This document shows positions 18,211 through 27,696 of a DNA stretch of 64,000 nucleotides, in pieces. The notes below the pieces were generated by a model. That model did not search any database. It was not told where the DNA came from and saw only the letters and a program-made list of their open reading frames with translations. Made by a program: the position numbers and the translations under genes. The stretch is taken from the NCBI GenBank assembly GCA_937990655.1, contig CALKQX010000034.1:184-64183 (forward strand). Direction: 5' to 3'. The stretch comes from an uncultured Stomatobaculum sp. Its GTDB lineage: Bacteria > Bacillota > Clostridia > Lachnospirales > Lachnospiraceae. Position 1 is the stretch's first letter; the number at the start of each line of letters is the position of its first letter.

Positions 18211-19944
18211 TCATACCTTCCAGCTGAGCGCCTTGTTTCTGGCCTCCACAAATCTGCGGTATATGCCATCCTCCCGAAGAAGTTCCTCGTGGGTTCCGCG
18301 CTGCGCAATGCGCCCGCGGTCGACCACAAAAATTTGCTTCGCCGCCCGCACGGTTTTCAGGCGGTGCGCAATCATTAAGACCGTCTTCTCTTTCGTGAGT
18401 GCCGCGATTGCCTCCATGAGTTCCTTCTCGTTCTCCGGATCCACATTGGCGGTCGCCTCATCCAGAATGATGACGGGCGCATCCTTCATGATGGCCCGCG
18501 CAATCGAGATACGCTGCCGCTCCCCGCCGGAGAGTGAGGCGCCGTTCTCACCGATCACGGTATCATAGCCCTCCGGAAGCGCCGTAATAAAGTCGTGGCA
18601 GCAGGCCTGCTTTGCCGCGGCAATGACCTCTTCCATCGAGGCCTCCGGCTTTCCGAAACGTATGTTGTTTGCGACCGTATCGTGAAACAGGTAAACCGAC
18701 TGGAACACAAAGCTGAAGTTCTCCATCAGTGCGTCAATCGAATAGTCCCGCACATCTTTTTGATCGAGGCGCACCGTTCCGCTCTGCACATCCCAGAAGC
18801 GGGCAATCAGTCGGCAGAGCGTGGTCTTGCCGCTGCCGGAGGGTCCCACAAAGGCCGCGCTCGTGCCGGACGGGATGCGGAGCGAGACGCCGTCTATCAC
18901 CTTCCGGCTCTCATACGCGAAGTCAATCGCTTCGAGAGCAATGTCATGCGTTTCGGGCATATACGCTTCGCCGTCAATCTCCATCGACGGAAGCGAGAGT
19001 ATCTCCTGCCCCCGCGAGACACAGAGATCCACCATGCGGAGCAGCGCGGAGTAAGCGCCCATGCTCGAAAGTCCCGTGAAAACATGAAAGGCCATGACCA
19101 TCATCAGCACCGCGGTGATCAGGTCCATGCTGCCGTCCAGATAAAAGCGCAGCGAGGCCAGTAAAATCCCGAGTCCCGTGAGCTTCAGGACCCCGTTTTG
19201 CAGCGGCATGTAGCGGTTTGACGCGAACTCCAAGTCGGTCATCAAGCGGGCGGATTCCGCAATGCTATCCTTCAGCTTGCGCTCTGCCTCTCCGCTGAGC
19301 CCGTAGGACTTTACCTCGGAAATCCCCTGGATGTACTCGAGAACATTCTCAATGAGCTTGGTGTCGTTCGCTATTTTTTGTCCGGACAAGGCCTCGTTGT
19401 TATGCTGCATACGGGCGTTAATCAGGGCAAAGAGCAGCGCCCCGATTAGGGCAATCAGACCGATTCGCCAGTCAAAGATCAGAAGCATCAGCAGAATGAG
19501 CGCTGTATTGAGTAGCCCCTGGGTTGTCTGCATGACCACGCGAGTCGCCACATCGCCGAGCAGCTCCATCGTGTTGGTGGTCACCGAGCTGATATCGCCG
19601 AGGCTCGTGCGGTTAAAATAGCCCATGGGCAAAAAGCGCAGCTTTTCCGCAATTTCAATGCGCTTGTTCGCGCACTCCCCGTAGCCCGCGCGGCACTGGA
19701 GCATGGCCTGTTTGGAGCGGAACGCAGCCTCCGCGAGCACGCCGATCAGCAGGAGCAGAAAGCTGAACAGAATCAGCTTTCCTGTCATTCCGTCTTCCGA
19801 AAATCCGCGGAGTATGAGGCTGATGGCCGGATATTTCAGTACTTCGCAGAAGGCAATCAACACCCCGAGCCAAAGCGACGCATAAAACATACGGCGGTGT
19901 TTTGCGGAACAAAAGGCAAAGAACTTTTTGAGTGTCGCAATCAT
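18211..19944 (-). CDS. ABC exporter, fused permease/ATPase
   Basis: Track ORF 18211..20019. Six-TM domain plus Walker A (GPSGSGKTT), signature (LSGGERQR) and Walker B (IILDEATA). Start moved to MIATLKKF (ATG 19944), which overlaps the upstream stop. Confidence 0.9.
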   Translation of the reverse strand: MIATLKKFFAFCSAKHRRMFYASLWLGVLIAFCEVLKYPAISLILRGFSEDGMTGKLILFSFLLLLIGVLAEAAFRSKQAMLQCRAGYGECANKRIEIAEKLRFLPMGYFNRTSLGDISSVTTNTMELLGDVATRVVMQTTQGLLNTALILLMLLIFDWRIGLIALIGALLFALINARMQHNNEALSGQKIANDTKLIENVLEYIQGISEVKSYGLSGEAERKLKDSIAESARLMTDLEFASNRYMPLQNGVLKLTGLGILLASLRFYLDGSMDLITAVLMMVMAFHVFTGLSSMGAYSALLRMVDLCVSRGQEILSLPSMEIDGEAYMPETHDIALEAIDFAYESRKVIDGVSLRIPSGTSAAFVGPSGSGKTTLCRLIARFWDVQSGTVRLDQKDVRDYSIDALMENFSFVFQSVYLFHDTVANNIRFGKPEASMEEVIAAAKQACCHDFITALPEGYDTVIGENGASLSGGERQRISIARAIMKDAPVIILDEATANVDPENEKELMEAIAALTKEKTVLMIAHRLKTVRAAKQIFVVDRGRIAQRGTHEELLREDGIYRRFVEARNKALSWKV

Positions 19945-21734
19945 TCGGACAGCCCTCCTTCCTCCGAGCAGTCTCTTGCACTGCTGTGCGCCTCCCACAT
20001 CTTCCGGTAGAGCGGGCACTCTCTGAGCAGCGCCTCGTGCGTCCCGCAGGCCGCAATCCTCCCGGCCTGTACCACAACAATTTGATCCGCATTCACAATG
20101 GTCGAGAGCCGGTGCGCAATTACCAGCAGCGTTTTATTTTGCGCAAGCCTTGCCACGGAGCGCTGAATCAGCGCCTCGTTTTCCGGATCCGCATAGGAGG
20201 TCGCCTCGTCCAGAATCAGGAGCGGCGCATCCTTCATCATCGCACGGGCAATCGAAATGCGCTGGCGCTCACCGCCCGACAAATGCGCCCCGCTTCCGCC
20301 GACCACGGTGTCAAAGCCGTTCTCGAGTCCTGCGATAAAGTCATAGCAGCCGCTGTCTCGCGCGACCTGCTCCACCTCGGCATCACTCGCCCCGGGTCTT
20401 CCCATGCGTATGTTCTCACGCACTGTCGTATTAAAGAGAAAGCTGTCCTGAGAAACGTAGGCAACTTGCCTGTTATAGTCTTCCGACGAAAGTTCCCTTA
20501 AATCAACGCCGCCGAGTGTAATGCTGCCGTCTCCCACATCCCAGAGGGAGGCAACCAGTTTCGCAATGGTCGACTTGCCGCTCCCCGAGGGGCCGACCAA
20601 GGCTGTCACCTTTCCGGCCGGAATGCAGAGGTTTACGCCGTGCAGCACCTCCTTCTCCCCGTAGCCGAAACGCACATCGCGAAGTCTGACTTCACTGTCC
20701 GCCGGCAGGGCGCGACTCTTCTCCGGGCGCGAGAGCTCCGGAAGCGTAAGGACAGCGTCAATCTCTCCGAAGATTGAAGTCGCCTTGCCGATGTCGTCGC
20801 TGTAGCTGAGCGCCGTGATGAGCGGCGTAATCAGACCGCTGGCGAGAATCAGTATCATCACATAGTCATGAAACGCGAGCGTGCCCTGCATCACAAAAAC
20901 CGCGCCGAGCGGAAGCACCGCAATCAGGGTAGCCGGTGCAATGGTCATGCTGAGGGAAAACGGCACAATGCTCGCCTGCATCCAGTCGGTAAAGCTGTTC
21001 GCGTTCTCCTCGGCCGCGCGCGCAAAGCGGGCATAGGAGCTCTCCGCCTTTCCGAACGCCTTGATAACCTCAATGCCGCCAATGTACTCGACCGCCGTAT
21101 CGTTCAGTGCCTTGGTGGTCTCCTGCGTTCTCCGGAAGGGGCGCTCGTAGTCGCGAAACATCGCCATCAGGCAGAGCAGCGTGAGCGGCAGGGTCGCGAG
21201 CGATAAGAGCGCCATACGCCAATCGATGCGGCAGAGATACAAAAACATGAGGAGCGGCGCAAGCAGGTTTGCCGTAAACTCCGGCACCACGTGCGCAAGT
21301 GTCGTCTCAATCGCATCCGTTCGCTCGACCATGATATTTTTGAGTGCGCCGGACGGCGTCTCGCGCACCGTTCCGAGCGGCAGACGCGCAAGCTTTTCGC
21401 AGAGTTCCGTCCGTATCCCCGCGATCAGCGCGAAGGTCGTTTTGTGCGACAAGTTGGTAGAACAGGTGTGAAAGAGGATCCCGAGCACAATAAAAACTGC
21501 CATCAGTCCTCCCTCACGGAGAAACAGGTCATAGTCGCGCTCTCCCTGCAGGAGCTGCTTTACCATAGTGCCCATCACAAAATACGGGACCATGGAGCAG
21601 AGAACCCCGATACAAGCCAGCACGACACTCTTTTGGTAGCTCGCTTTGCTCACCGCCGCAAACTTTGCCACATAGTAGAAAAAGCTCGCCATCCTCCCTT
21701 TTTCCGGCTCGTTTTGTTTGCTTGCTTCCGCCAT
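19941..21734 (-). CDS. ABC exporter, fused permease/ATPase (heterodimer partner)
   Basis: Track ORF 19941..21815. GPSGSGKST, LSGGERQR and LILDEATS motifs. Start moved to MAEASKQ (ATG 21734) after GGGGGAGAA. Confidence 0.9.
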   Translation of the reverse strand: MAEASKQNEPEKGRMASFFYYVAKFAAVSKASYQKSVVLACIGVLCSMVPYFVMGTMVKQLLQGERDYDLFLREGGLMAVFIVLGILFHTCSTNLSHKTTFALIAGIRTELCEKLARLPLGTVRETPSGALKNIMVERTDAIETTLAHVVPEFTANLLAPLLMFLYLCRIDWRMALLSLATLPLTLLCLMAMFRDYERPFRRTQETTKALNDTAVEYIGGIEVIKAFGKAESSYARFARAAEENANSFTDWMQASIVPFSLSMTIAPATLIAVLPLGAVFVMQGTLAFHDYVMILILASGLITPLITALSYSDDIGKATSIFGEIDAVLTLPELSRPEKSRALPADSEVRLRDVRFGYGEKEVLHGVNLCIPAGKVTALVGPSGSGKSTIAKLVASLWDVGDGSITLGGVDLRELSSEDYNRQVAYVSQDSFLFNTTVRENIRMGRPGASDAEVEQVARDSGCYDFIAGLENGFDTVVGGSGAHLSGGERQRISIARAMMKDAPLLILDEATSYADPENEALIQRSVARLAQNKTLLVIAHRLSTIVNADQIVVVQAGRIAACGTHEALLRECPLYRKMWEAHSSARDCSEEGGLSE

Positions 21735-22012
21735 ACATTTCTCCCCCTTCTTCGCCCGGACCGCGGCTCGTTCCCGTGGGCCGAATCCGTTGATTGCGGA
21801 TTGGTTATAAATCACTAACTAATTCCAATGATAGCACTGCGCTTTTATAAATAAAAGTCGCAAAACCGCTTTTTACAAACTTTTGTAAAACCGTTCCTTC
21901 TTTCCTCCGGACATCACTTGCCGCAGCATGCTACTGTGTCGCTTTTTCAACCCTTTGCCGAGACAAAATACCCTCTTCTGCCGTGGCAGGTCGTTTCTTT
22001 TCAAAAAAAATC

Positions 22013-22051
22013 TCCGGGTACGGCTTTCGCCGCCCCGGAGACCATGGTCAT
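22013..22051 (-). terminator. Rho-independent terminator after copA
   Basis: TCTCCGGG...CCCGGAGA stem with an inner CGGC-gaaa-GCCG and a T8 run on the minus strand. Confidence 0.65.
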
Positions 22052-22080
22052 GCTCTCGCGTTGCAAATCAAGCTTCCGGC

Positions 22081-24657
22081 TCAGAGACTCTTAACGCCGG
22101 TCACCTCATAGTCCTTCTCGTCGACTGCCTGCTTGAGCGTCTCGTCGCTGACCTCTTTGCTCAGCTCGACAACCGCCTCGCCCTTCTCATGGCTCACCAA
22201 AGCGCTCTCGACGCCCGGCAGTGCCTCGAGCGCCTTCTTGACCGTTGCCTCGCAGTGTCCGCACATCATACCCTTGATTGTAAGTTCCTTCTTCATAAAA
22301 TCTCCTTCCGCGCCTTTTTCGGCGCTTGCGGCTTCCAGAAGCCGCCCTGACTGGTTTACGGTAACTTGGTTTCGCAGCGGCCGGTCGTGCCGCGCATCGT
22401 GCACGCGGAACAGGTTAAGACGCAGCGCATTGCTCACGACGCAGACACTCGAGAGGCTCATTGCCGCCGCGCCGAGCATCGGGTTCATCGCGATACCGAA
22501 GAAATGCAGGTAAGCACCCGCCGCCGTCGGCACCAGGAGCACATTGTAGATGAGCGCCCAGAAGAGGTTCTCCAAAATGTTCCGGTAGGTCGCACGGCTC
22601 AAACGTATCGCCGCCGTGACATCTGTGAGACGGCTCTTCATCAGCACCACATCCGCCGCGTCGATGGCCACATCCGCGCCCGCACCGATCGCAATGCCGA
22701 TGTCGGCACGGGTCAGCGCCGGCGCGTCGTTGATGCCGTCGCCGACCATGGCGACCTTGCCCTTTTCCCGGAGTGCCCGAATCACGGCCTCCTTGCCGTC
22801 CGGCAACACACCCGCCACGACTTCGTTGACACCCGCCTGCTTACCTATGGCCTCGGCCGTCTTTTGGTTGTCGCCGGTCAGCATGACCACATGGATGCCG
22901 AGCTTTTTAAGCTCTGCGATTGCCGCCGCGCTGTCCTCCTTCATCGTGTCCGCGACCGCGATTACGCCGAGGAGCTGCTGCTCCGCCGCAAAGTAGAGCG
23001 GGGTTTTCCCCACGGCCGCGAGCGCATCCGCCGCTGTCTCAAGTTCCGCGGGAATCGAGACCTTGCCGCGCACAAAGCTCAAGTTTCCGGCAAAGAGCTG
23101 CGTGCCGTTTTGCACGGCGCTTAAACCGTTTCCGGGAAGCGCCGCAAAGTCATCGACCTCCTCTAAGGGAAGTCCCTGTTCTTTCGCATAGGCGACGACC
23201 GCCTTTGCGAGCGGGTGCTCACTCTTTGCCTCGAGCGCATAGGCCGCGCGGAGCAGCGTATCCCGGTCGCCGACCGGCAGCACATCCGTCACAACCGGTG
23301 TTCCGTTTGTGATGGTGCCGGTTTTATCAAGCGCCACAATCTGCACATTGCCGGTCTCCTGCAGGGCCTCGGCGTTCTTGAATAAAATGCCCTGTCTTGC
23401 GCCCACACCGTTGCCGACCATGATGGCGACCGGTGTCGCAAGGCCCAGCGCACAGGGGCAGCTCACCACAAGTACGGCAATGCCGCGCGCCAGCGAAAAG
23501 CCGATGCTTCCGCCCGCGAGAAGCCAGATGACGGTCGTCACGATTGCCACCAGAATGACCGCCGGCACGAAGACGCCGGAGATTTGATCCGCGAGCTTTG
23601 CGACCGGCGCCTTGGTCGCTGCCGCATCGCTTACCATCTTGATAATCTGCGCGAGGGTCGAATCCTCGCCGACTCGGGTCGCACGGCACTCAAGGAAGCC
23701 GGACTGGTTCAGGGTCGCGGACTTTACTTCGTCGCCGACCGCCTTGTCGACCGGCAGACTCTCGCCGGTCAGCGCGGCTTCGTTGACCGCACTGTTTCCG
23801 GAGACCACAAGGCCGTCCACCGGGATGTTCTCGCCCGGCTTCACGCGGAAGATGTCGCCGACCCGGACCGCATCGACCGGAACAGTGACTTCCTCGCCGT
23901 TTCGGAGAACCCGCGCGGTTTTCGGCGCAAGCTTCATGAGCGACTTAAGGGCGCTCGTTGTCTTCCCCTTTGAGTAGGCCTCCAGCATCTTGCCGACCGT
24001 AATCAGCGCGAGCACCATAGCAGCTGTCTCAAAGTAGAACTCCATCATGTACTCCGTGACCTTCGCCTGATCGCCGTCCACCACGGCCCGCGTCATCAGG
24101 AACAAAATTACGGTCGAGTAGAGGAAGGCCGCCGAAGAGCCGATGGCAATCAGCGCATCCATATTCGGCGCGCCGTGGAACAGGCTCTTAAAGCCGTTCA
24201 CAAAGAACTTCTGGTTCACGACCATGATTGCCGCCGCAAGGAGGAGCTGCAGCAGGCCCATGGCCACATGGTTTCCGTCAAAGAATGCCGGGAGCGGCCA
24301 GCCCCACATCATATGTCCCATCGTGAGATAAAGGAGCGGCAGAAGAAATAAAATCGAGGCAACAAGTCGCCGCTTCATCTTCGGCGTCTCCCTGTCTTTT
24401 AGCGCATCTTCCTCGGCCGCGAGCTTCGCCTGAAAACTTCCGTGGCTCTGCTCCTCCGCATCCTTCTCCGCCGCGCCGTAGCCCGCCGCCTCGACCGCCT
24501 GTATGACCTCGCTTGACGTCACATCGCCCTCAACGCCCATGGAGTTCGTGAGCAAACTCACCGAGCAACTTTTCACCCCCGGCAGCTTTGACACCGCCTT
24601 CTCGACCCGCGTCTGGCAGGCCGCACAGCTCATTCCGCTGACTGTATATTGCTTCAT
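22081..24657 (-). CDS. copA: Copper-translocating P1B-type ATPase with N-terminal and C-terminal HMA domains
   Basis: Track ORF 22081..24690. N-terminal HMA (GMSCAACQ), [16 protein letters not shown], plus a C-terminal CopZ-like HMA ([15 protein letters not shown]). Start moved to MKQYTV (ATG 24657). Confidence 0.95.
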   Translation of the reverse strand: MKQYTVSGMSCAACQTRVEKAVSKLPGVKSCSVSLLTNSMGVEGDVTSSEVIQAVEAAGYGAAEKDAEEQSHGSFQAKLAAEEDALKDRETPKMKRRLVASILFLLPLLYLTMGHMMWGWPLPAFFDGNHVAMGLLQLLLAAAIMVVNQKFFVNGFKSLFHGAPNMDALIAIGSSAAFLYSTVILFLMTRAVVDGDQAKVTEYMMEFYFETAAMVLALITVGKMLEAYSKGKTTSALKSLMKLAPKTARVLRNGEEVTVPVDAVRVGDIFRVKPGENIPVDGLVVSGNSAVNEAALTGESLPVDKAVGDEVKSATLNQSGFLECRATRVGEDSTLAQIIKMVSDAAATKAPVAKLADQISGVFVPAVILVAIVTTVIWLLAGGSIGFSLARGIAVLVVSCPCALGLATPVAIMVGNGVGARQGILFKNAEALQETGNVQIVALDKTGTITNGTPVVTDVLPVGDRDTLLRAAYALEAKSEHPLAKAVVAYAKEQGLPLEEVDDFAALPGNGLSAVQNGTQLFAGNLSFVRGKVSIPAELETAADALAAVGKTPLYFAAEQQLLGVIAVADTMKEDSAAAIAELKKLGIHVVMLTGDNQKTAEAIGKQAGVNEVVAGVLPDGKEAVIRALREKGKVAMVGDGINDAPALTRADIGIAIGAGADVAIDAADVVLMKSRLTDVTAAIRLSRATYRNILENLFWALIYNVLLVPTAAGAYLHFFGIAMNPMLGAAAMSLSSVCVVSNALRLNLFRVHDARHDRPLRNQVTVNQSGRLLEAASAEKGAEGDFMKKELTIKGMMCGHCEATVKKALEALPGVESALVSHEKGEAVVELSKEVSDETLKQAVDEKDYEVTGVKSL

Positions 24658-24710
24658 CTTACCTTCTTTCCGAACACTTGCCGACTGCAATCAAAACCGC
24701 CTCCGCTGTC

Positions 24711-25028
24711 TCATTTCATGAGTTTCTGCAAGGTTCTGACCAGCTCGTCCAGCTTTTCCGTGTTGCCCTCGCGCACATCTTCCGCGACACAGGACTTTAC
24801 GTGTGCCGCAAGCAGCACCTTGGTAAAGCTGTTCAGCGCGCAATTTGCTGCCGAAACCTGATTCAGAATGTCAATGCAGTAGGCATCTTCCTCGAGCATC
24901 TTCTTTACCCCGCGTATCTGCCCCTCGATACGGTTCAGTCGGTTTAAGAGCTGTCTCTGCTCAGCTCCGTCCCGCACCTTTTTCATGCCGCTGCAATGGG
25001 GACAGGCCATCTCTTCGTTCACTGCCAC
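24711..25028 (-). CDS. csoR: CsoR-family copper-sensing repressor
   Basis: LLNRLNRIEGQIRGVKKMLEEDAYCIDILNQVSAANCAL..F...LL..H...C. The start is either GTG 25028 (AGGAGG 6 nt upstream) or ATG 25010. The track's 25124 start is unlikely. Confidence 0.85.
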   Translation of the reverse strand: MAVNEEMACPHCSGMKKVRDGAEQRQLLNRLNRIEGQIRGVKKMLEEDAYCIDILNQVSAANCALNSFTKVLLAAHVKSCVAEDVREGNTEKLDELVRTLQKLMK

Positions 25029-25050
25029 CTCGCACCTCCTCTCCCGCTTG

Positions 25051-25110
25051 ATACCCCAGGGGGGTACACTCGAACTACAGTCATAATATACCCCCACCCT
25101 GTATCTGTCA
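25051..25110 (-). promoter_or_regulatory. csoR-copA promoter with CsoR-type GC-rich pseudo-palindromic operators
   Basis: On the minus strand: TTGACA (25105-25110), 17 nt, TATTAT (25082-25087). TACCCC-AG-GGGGGTA lies at 25051-25065, downstream of the -10 box, and ATACCCCCACCCTGTAT (25087-25103) lies in the spacer. Both resemble the TACCC-N-GGGTA CsoR operator. Confidence 0.6.
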
Positions 25111-25231
25111 AGCTTTCGGTTCAAAAATAAAAACAGCCGAAGCGGATGGCTCCGCTTTGGCTGCGCTTGAATCTGTATTCCGTTAATTCCGCTATCACCG
25201 TAATTCCGCTATGCCGCGAAACGCTGTCGTC

Positions 25232-26284
25232 TCAGCGCCCCAACTCCAGAAGTCGCGCGAGTTCCGCAAAATCCGTCTTCACGAGCACGCAGTTGCCCAG
25301 CGTTTTCGGCTCAATCAGCGTGATGCTGTCGCCCCGGCGCTTCTTGTCGGCGCGTGCCGCCGCGAGGATGCGCTCGCTCGGCAGCTCCGTGCTGTTCGGC
25401 AGCTTATATTTTTTGAGAAGCTTCTCCAGTATCTTCTCACAGCTCTCCGGGCAGCGGCCGTCCCGCACCAGCGCCCGCGTCATAATCGCCATGCCGATTG
25501 CGACACAGTCGCCGTGGAAAAGCTTATAGTTCATCTCCCGCTCGATGGCATGTCCAAGGGTATGCCCGAAGTTCAAAATCTGACGCTCGCCGAAATCCTG
25601 CTCGTCCTCCGCAACCACATCGCGCTTTAAGCGCACACACCGGGCAATCACGCGCTCCCGCTTCCGCTCGGCATCCTCGGTCAGCAGAAGTTCCAGGAGT
25701 TCCTTACTCCGTATCATGCCGTACTTGATGACTTCCGCCATGCCCTCCTCAAACACTTCTTTCGGCAGGGTGTCGAGGGTCGTGATGTCGCAGAGCACCA
25801 GATAGGGCTGCGTGAAGGTGCCCACTAAATTCTTGCCCTCCGGCAAATCCACCGCGGTCTTTCCGCCGACCGAGGAATCCACCATGGCGAGCAGCGAGGT
25901 GGGAACCTGAATGCAGGGCACCCCGCGGAGGTAAAGAGAGGCCGCAAGCCCCGCGAGATCTCCGGTCACACCGCCGCCGAGCGCAATCACGACATCCTCC
26001 CTTGTTAGCTCTTGCTTCGCAAAGAAGGTCAGAAGTTCGAGCAGCGTCCCCGGGTTCTTCGAGGCCTCACCGGCCGGAAAGGTGAAGGTTGTCACCGCAA
26101 AGCCGGCGTCCCGCAAGGTCTCTTCCGTGCGCCCCGCATACAGCGGTCCCACATTGGAATCCGTCACGATCACCGCTCTCCGCCCGCGGAGCAGCGCCGC
26201 CGCTCTTAGGCCGAGTTCCGAAAGCACGCCTTCTCCAATGATTACTTCATAAACCCTTGAAGCCCGCACCAGAACCTGTTCCAT
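25232..26284 (-). CDS. aroB: 3-dehydroquinate synthase
   Basis: 350-aa ORF with AroB motifs (GGGVTGDLAGLAA, VPTSLLAMVDSSVGGKT, FGHTLGHAIE). Confidence 0.9.
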   Translation of the reverse strand: MEQVLVRASRVYEVIIGEGVLSELGLRAAALLRGRRAVIVTDSNVGPLYAGRTEETLRDAGFAVTTFTFPAGEASKNPGTLLELLTFFAKQELTREDVVIALGGGVTGDLAGLAASLYLRGVPCIQVPTSLLAMVDSSVGGKTAVDLPEGKNLVGTFTQPYLVLCDITTLDTLPKEVFEEGMAEVIKYGMIRSKELLELLLTEDAERKRERVIARCVRLKRDVVAEDEQDFGERQILNFGHTLGHAIEREMNYKLFHGDCVAIGMAIMTRALVRDGRCPESCEKILEKLLKKYKLPNSTELPSERILAAARADKKRRGDSITLIEPKTLGNCVLVKTDFAELARLLELGR

Positions 26285-26355
26285 ACAGTCCCTCCTTTGA
26301 CCCGGCGCTCCGCACCGGCTTATCTTCGCTGTTTGCTTGCTCCTTTTTCCCGCAC

Positions 26356-27372
26356 TCAGGCATTTGCCTCTTCGGTTGCCTTCCGAATCAGCGAAATCGC
26401 ACGGGACACATCCGCGAACTGCTCCGGGCGCAGGGACTGCGCACCGTCCGAGAGCGCGTGCGGCGGGTCGTTGTGTACCTCAATAATCAGGCCGTCCGCA
26501 CCGGAGGCGACTGCCGCCATGGCCATGGGTTTCACGTAGCGCGCCACACCCGTCGCGTGGCTCGGGTCCACGACCACCGGGAGGTGCGAGAGCTCGTGCA
26601 GCACCGGGACCGCCGAGAGGTCCAGGGTATTTCTGGTCGCCGTCTCATAGGTGCGAATGCCGCGTTCGCAGAGAATCACGTTCTCGTTGCCCGAGCTCAT
26701 GATGTACTCGGCGCTCATCAGGAGCTCCTTGATGGTGTTTGCGAGACCGCGCTTTAAAAGGATGGGCTTATTCAACTTGCCGAGCTCCTTTAAGAGCTCA
26801 AAGTTCTGCATGTTGCGCGCGCCGACCTGAATCACATCCACATCCTCAAAGAGCGGAATGTGCTCCGCGCTCATAATCTCGGTCACAATCGGAAGTCCTG
26901 TCGCCTTCTTGGCCTCAAGCAGAAGCTTCAGTCCCTCTGCCTTCAGGCCCTGGAAATCGTAGGGGGAAGTGCGCGGCTTAAACGCGCCGCCGCGGAGCAT
27001 GGTTGCGCCCGCCGCCTTGACGCTCTGTGCGACAAAGATAATCTGCTCCTCGCACTCCACCGAGCAGGGACCCGCAATCAGTCCGAAGTTGCCGTGGCCT
27101 ATCTTAACCTCCGGCGTCACCTCGACCACCGTGTCGTGCGGGTGGAACTTGCGGTTTGCCTGCTTAAACGGCTCCGAGACGCGCTTCACAGCCTCAACAA
27201 TGTCAAAGCTCTTCACCTGATCCTCATCAATCCGGGAGGTATCACCGATGACGCCGATGATGTTTTGATAATCACCCTCCGTGATATGGGTCTTCAGGCC
27301 CTTTCTCTCAATCCAGTTTACCAGATCGCTTACTTTTTCCGGCTTGGTCTTGCTGTTGATGATGATAATCAT
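26356..27372 (-). CDS. aroF: 3-deoxy-7-phosphoheptulonate (DAHP) synthase, type I-beta with an N-terminal regulatory domain
   Basis: Track ORF 26356..27450. KDO8P/DAHP-I-beta motifs ([27 protein letters not shown]). Start moved to MIIIINSK (ATG 27372) after AGAGGAGAA. Confidence 0.9.
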   Translation of the reverse strand: MIIIINSKTKPEKVSDLVNWIERKGLKTHITEGDYQNIIGVIGDTSRIDEDQVKSFDIVEAVKRVSEPFKQANRKFHPHDTVVEVTPEVKIGHGNFGLIAGPCSVECEEQIIFVAQSVKAAGATMLRGGAFKPRTSPYDFQGLKAEGLKLLLEAKKATGLPIVTEIMSAEHIPLFEDVDVIQVGARNMQNFELLKELGKLNKPILLKRGLANTIKELLMSAEYIMSSGNENVILCERGIRTYETATRNTLDLSAVPVLHELSHLPVVVDPSHATGVARYVKPMAMAAVASGADGLIIEVHNDPPHALSDGAQSLRPEQFADVSRAISLIRKATEEANA

Positions 27373-27420
27373 ATGCTTTCTCCTCTGTTTGAACGAACTG
27401 TGCAGCGGGTAACAAGAACA

Positions 27421-27459
27421 AAAAAGACGCCTGCGGTGAAGTGTTTTCACCGCAGACGC
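27421..27459 (-). terminator. Attenuator terminator in the aroF-aroB leader
   Basis: On the minus strand: GCGTCTGCGGTGAA-aacac-TTCACCGCAGGCGT (14 bp including G-U pairs) followed by CTTTTT. It lies ~50 nt upstream of the aroF start. Confidence 0.7.
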
Positions 27460-27526
27460 CTTGGAAACGTCTCCAATCCCGTTACGAATCCCGAGATTTT
27501 ATTCGCAGCAAAAAGCACTCTTACTT

Positions 27527-27589
27527 TCAGACCGTAAAGCCGTAAAAGTAAAAGTACCAATAGCCGTTGACTGCGAACTTCTGACTCAT
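27527..27589 (-). CDS. Aromatic-rich leader peptide MSQKFAVNGYWYFYFYGFTV (candidate attenuation leader of aroF-aroB)
   Basis: 20-codon ORF with GAGAGAGG ~9 nt upstream. 8 of the last 11 residues are Tyr/Phe/Trp. It lies between a sigma-70-type promoter and the terminator at 27421-27459. Confidence 0.6.
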   Translation of the reverse strand: MSQKFAVNGYWYFYFYGFTV

Positions 27590-27632
27590 AAAATAAGACC
27601 TCTCTCGTTTGGCGCTCCCTTTTGTTGAAGGG

Positions 27633-27661
27633 AATATAGCACCATGCGCGAGAGAGGTCAA
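27633..27661 (-). promoter_or_regulatory. Promoter of the aroF-aroB leader transcript
   Basis: On the minus strand: TTGACC (27656-27661), 17 nt, TATATT (27633-27638). Confidence 0.5.
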
Positions 27662-27696
27662 GCCTTTTTTCGATTGTAAGCGCTTACACCGCCGAA

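Noticed and set aside
27373-27661. T-box riboswitch as an explanation for the long aroF leader.
   Set aside because: I could not find the conserved T-box sequence (..GGGTGGTACCGCG..), a specifier-loop/AG-bulge arrangement or an F-box. The aromatic-rich leader peptide plus terminator explains the region better.
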